A stretch of 53,412 bases of DNA from Guillardia theta CCMP2712 (Eukaryota; Protista; Cryptophyta). The position numbers and the translations under genes are program-made. The notes beneath the pieces were generated by a model. It made no database searches. It saw only the letters and a list, made by a program, of their open reading frames with translations, and was not told where the DNA came from. The stretch is taken from positions 310,252 through 363,663 of the forward strand of contig NW_005434607.1 in assembly GCF_000315625.1 (NCBI RefSeq), in the 5' to 3' direction. Shown in pieces: positions 12,201 through 21,402 of this stretch (its first letter is position 1; each line of letters begins with the position of its first letter).

Positions 12201-14310
12201 CGGCGCCAGCTGTGCACATGAAGCGAGCTCTGCTGGACACGTAGAGATTGTGAAGTACCTGCGGGAGGTATGCGGGAAGGAGGTGCTGCTGCTCAAGGCT
12301 CCCAACGGCTCCACCTGCGCGCTGCTCGCCTCTCTCAGAGGCCACCTGGAGCTGGTCCAGCTCATCGAGAACACGTGCGGGATGGACGCGCTGCGGCAGA
12401 AAGACGAGGAAGGCAAGACCTGCGCGCACATGGCGAGCATGGGAGGGCATGTCGAGGTCCTGAGGTACTTGGAAGGCACGTGCGGGCAGGAGCTGTCCCT
12501 CAGTAGGGTCGGCAACGGTCTCACTTGCGCCATGCTAGCAAGCTCGGGAGGTCGGGTGGAAGTTCTTAGGTATCTCAAGGATACGCACGGTGTTGAGGTG
12601 TTGCGGGAGCGAGACGAGGAAGGGAAAACTTGCTGCCATCATGCAAACGGGCACGTGAAGTCGCTGGAGTTTCTCGAGCAGGAGTGTGGGAGGGAGTTGC
12701 TGTTGGAGCGAGATGACTCGGGCAAGACTTGCGCGCATGAAGCTTGCCTGGGAGGACACGTAGAGACTCTCCGATACATCGAGGAGACGTGCGGGAAGGA
12801 GCTGCTGGGGCTGAGGGACCATCAGGGCTGGACGTGCGCACATCTCGCGAGCACTGGGGGGCACGTGGAGGTTTTGAAGCATCTTGTGGGGGCGTGCGGC
12901 AAGGAGACGCTGCTGCTGGGCGACAGCAGGGGAAAAACTAGCGCACACTTCGCAAGCTATCGAGGGCACGTTGAGGTGATGAGGTACCTGCAGGAGGTGG
13001 GGGGGCTTCAGCTGGAGCAGCAGCGCGACAAAGACGGGAAGACATGCGTGCATGAAGCATGCTCGCAAGGTCAGGTCGAGGTGCTCAGGTATCTGAGAGA
13101 GAGCTTTGGGAGGGAGCTGCTCCTGCTGGCAGACAAGGAAGGGAGTACCGGAGCTCATGAAGCGAGCATGGGGGGTCATCTCGACGCCTTGAGGTACCTC
13201 AGGGAGAGCTGCGGGCGAGAGCTGCTCATGGAGCAGAACCTCGTTGGCGAGACCTGCGCGCATGCCGCAACCTCGGCCGGCCACCTGACAACGATGACCT
13301 ACCTAGAGCAGGCATGCGGGCCAGAGATTTTTCAGCTCCCCGATCATCAGGGAAGGACGTGCGCACACATTGCAAGCGCGGAGGGGCATGTGGAGATAGT
13401 CAGGCTGCTGCGGGAGGCTGGTGGGCAGGAGCTGCTAGAGCAGGTGGACAAGGAGGGCAAGTCAGCTGGACATTACGCCAGCATGCAGGGGCATCTTGAC
13501 GTGGTCAAGTACCTCGGAGACTCCGGCGGGAAGGAGCTGCTGATGCTGAAGGACGCCTACGGACGTACGAACGCGCACCTAGCAAGCGTTGGGGGGCATG
13601 TGGAGGTTCTGCGGTACCTCAAGGAGGCGTGCGGTCAGGCGCTCCTGCTGGAGGTGACGGAAAAGGGCAAGACGTGCGCACACTTTGCGAGCGTGGGAGG
13701 GCATGGCGACGTGATCGAGTACCTGGTGGGGACTTGCGGCAGGGAGCTGCTGCTGCTGGCTGACGACCAGGGACGATGCTGCGCTCATCTTGCGAGCATG
13801 GGGGGTCACGTCGAGGTGCTGGGATACCTCCAACAAGCCTGCGGGCAAGGGATCTTACAGCAAAAGGACGTGCAAGGCAGGACGTGCGCGCACCTGGCGA
13901 GCATGGAAGGGCACGCAGGGGTCCTGAGGTACCTGCAGGCCACCTGCGGCATGGAGCTGCTGCTGGGCAAGGACGCACGGGGCACTACCTGTGCGCATCT
14001 TGCCAGCCATGGAGGGCACGTGGAGACGCTGAAGCAGCTGCTGGAAGCGTGCGGGAAGGAGCTGCTCTTGGTCAAGGACGTTCACGGCAGGACCTGCGCG
14101 CATTTCGCCAGCTCGGCCGGGCAGGTCGCCTCGCTCGAGTTCCTCAAGGAGGCGTGCGGGCCTGAGCTCCTGCTGGAGAAAGACAACGGAGGAGCGAGCT
14201 GTGACTACTTTGCGAGGTCGGGAGGTCATGTGGAGGTGGTCAAGCTCCTGCTGGAGAATCAGCTGCAGTCGGACATAGGCTCATACTCAGTAAATCCTTC
14301 AAGTGCCTAA
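9300..14310 (+). CDS. Coiled-coil + arginine-type (R-S-E clade) mono-ADP-ribosyltransferase domain + ~25 ankyrin repeats
   Basis: ORF 9523-14310 has the ART motifs LYTG-PMY..YN, VLRGM (R), LLSTTTD (S-T-T) and SQYPGEKEILFPP (E-x-E), then ankyrin repeats GxTCAHxASxGGHVEVLRYL. Probable first exon 9300-9468 joined by a phase-1 intron 9469-9580 (start uncertain). In-frame intron 10568-10699. Confidence 0.88.
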
Positions 14311-14324
14311 TATACGGTATAATA

Positions 14325-14855
14325 TCACAGGATCGAGCCCCCCAATCAGTTGAAGGGCCGCCGCCAGTCCCGGCGATCACGGTCGGGGCCTCCCTCACTA
14401 TAGGTATACGGGAGTCTTCATATCATCCGATCACCGTCACCTTGAGGATTCCGGGCAGCCTGCCGCGCGCGGCAGCTCCCGGCGAGCACTGTCCCGGTCG
14501 ACCGCCGCGCCATGTCCCGGCGAGCCGCAGTGACTGTCGGACGGTCCCAGTCGACCGCCATCACGGTCCTGGTCGCCAGGACTTCAAGGGCCATTCTGAG
14601 CGGCTCGGACCCGAGCCAGGTACTGGATCCGATCCGGCGCCGGATCAGAGGCCCACGGTAACCGCCGGGCCCGCGCACTGACAGTCACGGTGGCTGAGCC
14701 GTGCCGGATCGGATCGCCGCTCTCAGCGGCTAAGCCCTGAGCGGCTCCGGGAGTCCGACTCTGCCGCTAGTAAGCCCGGTCCCGGGCCAGGCCCGCCGCC
14801 GGTACGGCCGCCCGCCGCCGCGGCGCCGTCACCGGGTCTCAGCATTGATGACTAG
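14325..14855. repeat. GC-rich, palindrome-dense intergenic block (possible non-autonomous element)
   Basis: Abrupt GC-rich sequence with cggatcggatcg, gccgct-ctc-agcggc, ggctgagcc, cgccgcggcg and ccgggcc motifs. Bounded by A|TC at 14325 and CTAG|T at 14852-14856. Confidence 0.45.
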
Positions 14856-15089
14856 TACGTATTTTTGAAGCCGTTGGAATTCAAGAGTGCTCAAGGAATG
14901 GCAATGTTGAAATTTACCTCTTTGATTTCAAATATTCCTAGAGATATTTCCCTCGTCAACCCGTGCGCAGTAAATACCTCACTTCCCCATGTTTTTTTTT
15001 TTTTTTTATTCATCGTCACTTTGTACCAGGTCATGCGAGACCATCTAATATAAAACTGCTTTTAAAAAGTACTCCTTTGGCCGAGGCCG

Positions 15090-15445
15090 AGACTACCCCT
15101 CCTTTTCAGCATGTCACCCCTGGTCGGAGGAGCAAACTGTATGTAGTTACCCCTGTTCACATAGATCTCCCTACCCTACCCCTTATGGATAGGCTTGTTC
15201 CCTACCCCTGATCAAACTGAACTTCAACCCCACCCCACACTCGTATCCTTGTTCCCAATGAGCTTCTTCGCTACGACCGGTGCGTGAGGAAACTTCACGA
15301 GTACCCCTACCCCCCAGCCCCCTTTCGACAATAAAAGTTATCCACCTACCAAATTTTTACATCATTAGAAAACTTTTATTCTAAATTGGTTTTAGGACAG
15401 GATTCGACGTACAGATATAAAACTATATTGGAATTTACAATGCTC
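15090..15445 (+). repeat. TACCCC-motif-rich intergenic segment with AT-rich tail
   Basis: ctacccct, ttacccctg, cctaccctaccctt, ctacccctg, ccccaccccac and gtacccctacccccc motifs, followed by AT-rich sequence. Confidence 0.5.
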
Positions 15446-16057
15446 ATTTTCGTGTGAGGCTTTACTGCAGACATGGCAGGCGGAGGAGAAGAGGCGCGAG
15501 GGGAAGCTGAGAGGACGAGGGCGGGAAGAGGAAGAAGGGGCGGGAGGAAGAGGCAGCAGCAAGAGGAAGGAGGAGAGGGAGGAGAGGGAGGGGAAGAAGA
15601 GATTTTGGAGTCGGAAGGATACGCAAACTCTCCAAACTCCCATTAGAGATACTGCGCTCACAAATCCGTTCAACGTGTAGTAGTCCTGTTTTCCCTTCCT
15701 GTTCCCAAATTTGTTGTGTTTCTTCTCTTTCGTCCTACAACACCTATGCTTCAATGTGTTGGATTCGATGTTCAATTTTCATCTCCCCTATGATGTACGG
15801 AAATTCCCGCCCCCCCCCGCCCCCGCCCCCCCTTTACTCTTCTCAAATTTCGTACTGGTATCAAACTGACATGAGTCATGCCAGATCAAAAATCTCACAG
15901 GAACGGAGGAAATTCTTGTGTAAACACATCTTCGTAAGGAACGAGCATCGACGCTGAGGGAAAGCGATGGAGGATAACAACATTTCGCTGATGTTGAGCG
16001 CCATGATTACGTGACCGCATGTCTCCGTTCCCCCCGCCGATTGATTCCGGGAGGACC

Positions 16058-19000
16058 ATGGTGGCGGACGCATCTCTAGACTACAAAGTTCATGAAGAAG
16101 GCGCAGAGGAGGAGGAGGAGTTGAACGCTGAAGAGGATCCTATCAAGCAGCTCGACATTCAGCTCAGAGAGCACTTTACGTTGCTGTACATGTTGGAGCC
16201 AGGAAACCACCTGAACTCAAAGCTCGGAGTGAGAGAACTCTACAGGAAGGACTTGCTCACATCATTCTTCTACAAGGAGCCGCTGACAGCGCTCTACGCG
16301 CACAAGTTCTTCCAGGCGCTGTCGTTCATATATGGTGGATACCTGGTGACCATGGCGTACATGTCCACTTTGAAGTATCACGATTACGAGCATCGGCTGG
16401 TGAAGATCGATACTGTGCTGGTCGAAACTGATTACCAGAGAAACCCAACACGGATCGACTTCAGTCTGGCGAGCTGCAGTTGGAATGAGAACCTGAGCTT
16501 CGTCTTGGCTGCAGCCCAGGGTTTGTCATACATGCTGTCGTCGGTGTTTGCGTTCTTTGAGTGCATGAAGGCTCCGAGACGGGTGAGTGAAGATGTGCTC
16601 CGCTCCCTCTCGCTCTTGTTGACATCTGACTGATCCCATAGATCATTGTCCTCGGAGGGTGGATCGTTGGAATCGGGAACCTTGTTCTTGCCGTCGGGGC
16701 CAGGGATGAGATCTCCGAGCTTGACAACTCCCAGACCTTGACGTTGTTCTTTGTGGTGAGTTTGAAGCGTTCTTGTCGATACGATGTGACCTGACTTCAT
16801 GGCAAAGACAATCTTTGTGTTCCCCTGCCCCATCCTCTTCCTGGAGACGTTCGCCCTGGAGCTGCTCGTGGTTTCTCTCGTCATCAGGATCATTGGGTAC
16901 GCGACGGTCAGGAGCTACAGGATCGAGCTGCTGGTGGCCTTCGTGCTATTCTTCGCAGCCCTCCTGCACAAGATCTCCAGGAGGATCGCTGCCTCCAAGG
17001 AGCTGAGGGTGGACGCTGCCATGTTCGACAGCGCATGGAAGTCGATCACCAGCATGGGGCAAGCTCAGTCAGCCCTCCAGGAGACTGACAGGCTCATCAA
17101 CGAATTCTTCGTCTCCTTCCCCGGCAAGTCTACGCCTACCAGCAGGCACACGTTCATCATGCCGTCGTCGTCCATGGAGGCACCGACGGTCGACGGAAGC
17201 AACAGGAGGCTCAGCCGGATGAGCTCGAGGTCGAGGGTGATGCCGATCGACTCCATGATCTCGATCTCCGTCAGCTCATTAACGGACTCCATTCCTTCTT
17301 ACCCTGTTCACAACTTGGATCAGCTGTACGCCCGGTCTGTCGTCGTGCTCCCAATGCTCTTGCGTAAGGTGATGACGGTAGGGATAGATTGGAGCGGATA
17401 CTGCTGCATAGTGAATGCGGACGGGCAAGAGAAGCAGTACCTTTTGTACAAGGACCTGGAGAAGTCCCCAGCTGCCATGAGGAATGTCTACTTCTCCAGC
17501 ATCAAGAACATCAACCGGTCGGTTGAAAAGATCCTGGCCTTCCTGTACGGCGACGTTTCTCAGCTCACAGACGTGGTGCGGCAGAGCATCTTCTTCAACA
17601 GCCTGGAGGACCTGAATGGGGCGCTGAAGCAGCTTATGGAAGACACCGAAATCGAGATCGCGTACATTAGAAACCGACTGAGCAGGCCGTGCAGCGGGTA
17701 CAGAGACATCACTTTGAACATCTGCTTCACCAACGACCAGGCCATCCAGAACAACTTGCTGGGTCACATCTGCGAAGTCAGGCTTGCTCTGATTGAGCTG
17801 CACTCGCTCGTCTCTCCAGCGAGCCATGAAGCTTGCATCATGAGGAAGCTGATCCTGCAGACGCGCAAGATGGACAAGGGGAACGCCAGCAACGTGCTGT
17901 TCCTCATCAAACAACGGCGAAAGTTCCTTCAGACTTTTACGTTCGTCATGCAGTCAGGAATGATGGTCAGCGAAGGCGCTGCAGAGGGCGACACGTCCTC
18001 TGTCAGCTCTCTCCTTATGGCAGCCAAGGGGATGGTGCCGGGGGGGCTTTTGGACCACCTCGTCCACTCGGTCGAGGCAGGAGTGCACGACGCCAAGACA
18101 GGGAGCGTGATTTTCTCCTCCCGGCCTCTCAGCAACGTCATACACAAACGCATGTTTCAGATGGGGCTGGTGGTAGCTGGTGTTGTGATGATAGTCACTT
18201 ACGTCTTGGACGACTACCTCCCGATCATGGAGCTGGTCAGTCGCAGCCACTTCGCTGTCTCGCATGCCCGCATCAAGGTGTTGAGGACAAGGTCGCCAGT
18301 TGCCCCCAACGCCTCCCTTGAGCGCTTCAGCTTCCTAAGAGACTGTGTCAAGCTGACCCCTGAGCTGAAGGCGAGGAACGAGTCGCACTTCTACTTTTCC
18401 TTCCCCAGTCCGATCTCTGCCAACGGATGGGAGTTCTATACAGGCTCGCAGGATTCTTCCTACCAGCACGACCCCACCGCTCTCGAGCTGCACGTGACCC
18501 AGGACAGTGCCCAGCTCGACCCTACGAGCTTGAGCGAGGCGAGCTGGGCACTGAAGTCAAAGTTTGACTGCGGGTTGAGCCCAAGGACCGAACTCTGTGA
18601 GCCGAAGGAGGAGAACGTGACGAGGACTCGGAACCAGCGGTATCACTTCGACCTGAGGATCTCCTGGCAGTGCGTTGCCGAGTTAGTCAATATCTCCTTC
18701 CGGATGATCGCGACCTTTGGTACACCCATCCTCGCACAAGCAGGCTTCACTCTCCTGGGCAAGATTGCCGTCGCTTGCGCCTTCCATGCTACAGGAGTCG
18801 TCGATCTCATCGTCGCCACCTTCACGCCTCTGCCTCTGCTCGGATTCCTGCAATCTTTCCTCTGGGGACTCTTCGAGTTGGCGTATGGCTCGGTGATGCA
18901 GTTCAAGGAGCAGTACACGCTTACGCTGCTTCCTGTGTACTGCCTGGCCGGATCCTTCATGAACACGCTCCTCATCAACCTTAGGGATGGAGAATTCAGC

Positions 19001-19975
19001 GTCACGATCAGTACCCTGCGGCCCAACCACATCTTCCTCTTCTTCGCCTGGGTTTCCTTCTTCGTCTGGAGGAGGTATCTGCTGTACAAGTCATTCAAGA
19101 GGATCGAGCGAGACATCTTTGAGTACGACGAGCTCTGGCGGCAGGTAGCGCAGGACGAGCGCAACCTGGCGGAGCTCAACGACACCATGAACAGGCTCCA
19201 AGTCCACTGCTCTGCGATACAGCACCTTTCCCTCCCCTCCGATGGGATGAGGATACCGCGGACGCCCATCGGCCTCGAGAGCACCTTCAGGCCCCAGCTG
19301 GCTCTCCAGATCCAGGAGAAGCTCGCTCGCAAAAGCTCGCGACTGGTAACCATGATGGCCTTGACAAAGGAGCTCACTATGACCACCTCCCAACTGAGGG
19401 TGAACTCCCTGGAGCAGCTGTACGCGCAGGCTCTCGTCGTACAGCCCGTGTTCTTCGAGAAGGTGAAGGAGCTGGGCTCTAGGTGCAACTGCTTCTTCCT
19501 CCTCGACGACTTCCTGCGGGAGAACGAGCGGTACATCGCATGGAAGGAGATCACCGACGTCCCAGACCGCATCACCATGATCAAACGCCCGGCCCTCAAG
19601 AACGTCAGCCGAGCCATCCAGAAGGTCGTCCGATCCTACAACGGCGACGTGTCGCGGCTTACGGACATCGTGCGCTACGCGCTCGTCTTCGACGACATCG
19701 TCGAGCTCAGGAGGGCCGTCGAGCTCATCATGGAGGATTCCGACATCAGAGTGGTGAGGGTGAAGAACAGGCTGGACCCTAACTACAAGTCGATCAAGTC
19801 AGGCGGGTACAGGGACATCTGTATGAACATCAGCATCTCCAACCACTACACCCAGAGGCTCTTCATCGATCATCACCTTTGCGAGCTTCAGCTGGTGCTC
19901 AGGAGCTTCATGGACCTGAGGAACGAGAAAGGGCACAAGAACTATCGCGTCTTCCGCGATCAACGTTGTGAATAG
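16058..19975 (+). CDS. Multi-pass membrane protein with two RelA/SpoT-synthetase-like nucleotidyltransferase domains (6TM-RSH-6TM-RSH), ~1268 aa
   Basis: Exons 16058-16582, 16642-16755 and 16808-19975, with GTGAGT donors and all introns phase 0. Domain 1: IKNINRSVEK..YGDVSQLTDVVRQSI..IRNRL..SGYRDITLNI..HICEVRL. Domain 2: LKNVSRAIQKV..YNGDVSRLTDIVRYAL..VKNRL..SGGYRDICMNI..HLCELQL..GHKNY. These match RelA_SpoT Syn1-Syn4 motifs. Two clusters of six hydrophobic segments. Confidence 0.82.
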
Positions 19976-20011
19976 TCGCCGCATCTGTATGTACATATTC
20001 TTTCCCCTTCT

Positions 20012-20057
20012 CCCTCCCTCCCTCCCTCCCTCCCTCCCTCCCTCCCTCCCTCCCTCC
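20012..20057. repeat. (CCCT)n microsatellite in the 3' UTR region
   Basis: Seen directly in the sequence. Confidence 0.9.
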
Positions 20058-20699
20058 CCAAGTTGCTTTCTCTTTCTCTCGCTCTCTCCCTTCTTTCTCT
20101 TCCTCTCCTTCATTTCTTCTTTGGGTTTATTCATTGGTTTGTTATTAAATTGCTACAACTTTTAAATCACCGTGATCGACATCGGCAACATCAACCCCCT
20201 TCTTGGCACCATTCGCCATGAATCTCCTCCCCCTCAACTTGCGGTCGTCCTGCAACCCCCTGCAAGGGAAGAGAAGGACTGGAATCAAACTACTGTGCAC
20301 TTAGCATCGACTGGATCCTGATTCTTACAAGATGATGACAAAACTCTCAACAACCAAGCATCAGCGACGAGGGCTTGTAGTTCAATCGCAATCGTTGCAG
20401 ACATCTTTCCTTGTCGTCTCGATTGCAGCAGCTTTTCCGCTTTTCAGACCACGCCCTTTGAGCTGCCCCTGCCCTTTTCGTGTTATCGCCCTCACCAATC
20501 GTAAGACAAAAAGTTCCCGTGCCTGTATTCAAAGATGCAAGACCGGTATGGCGTAGAACAGTGATGGGAACGTAGATCGGCGGCTCTAGTCTTGTCCATG
20601 TTCTCGATCTCCCCCCTCCCCCTCCTGCCTCTTCCTGCCTGCTCCCTGCCCCTCCTGTCCGCCTGCTGCCGAATCGAGTCTACTACTGTCGTTCCGACT

Positions 20700-21140
20700 T
20701 TGTAACTTAGTACAATATTTGTATCTGGTATTTAAATTTATTACTAAGGAATTAAAAGGCACTTCCTCTGTGTACCTAGTAAAATATTTTAAATTAATAT
20801 GGTTTTCTTTCTGTGGGGTGGTAGACTAACTCACTATAAATATATTTTTGTAAATAATAACTAATTTTACAGTTGAACAAGGATTTAGATTTGTACCAGA
20901 TAGTGAAAGTGGTGTAAAGGACCACCACACCGAGGTACAGCCGTGCGCTGATGGGGGGTAGGGTCCTGCTATTGATGAGGGGTACAAGTAGCTAACACAT
21001 AAATGCAAAGACAGAATGGTGGGGTCAACATGTGATATATTAGGGGGGTAGGGGTAGTATCGAAATCTGAGGGGCGGGGTAAGGTTTGTGCATCTTTTTG
21101 ATGGAATGAAGGGAAACCAGAGGGAAGCGACGGAGGGGAT
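20700..21140 (-). repeat. AT-rich segment plus GGGGTA-motif segment (TACCCC family in reverse orientation)
   Basis: ggggggtaggggta (21043-21056) is the exact reverse complement of tacccctacccccc (15302-15315). Further gggggtaggg, ggggtac and ggtgggg motifs are present. Confidence 0.5.
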
Positions 21141-21165
21141 CGTGTAGGAGGAAGAGGAAGATGAT

Positions 21166-21205
<40 letters not shown>

Positions 21206-21402
21206 GGGAGCAGGAGGAAGATACGGATGTGAAGGAAGGCAGTTTGTCGCAAGCAGTCAAACCAACCATATTTGTCTTGCGATAGCTGATAGAAGAGTAG
21301 AAAGCGTGAACCCGCACAAACAGTAATACCTATGACATCTCCTCGGGTTTTGATCGTTTCTTTGCTCAGGCACTAAATTGAAGTCCATCCACATATCTCG
21401 TC

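Noticed and set aside
15090-15320. Interstitial telomeric repeat
   Set aside because: The TACCCC motifs are dispersed and irregular, not a tandem telomere-type array.
20140-20600. Possible small spliced minus-strand gene (ATG near 20599, several GT/AG sites)
   Set aside because: No unambiguous frame or recognisable motif could be built. It needs RNA-seq.
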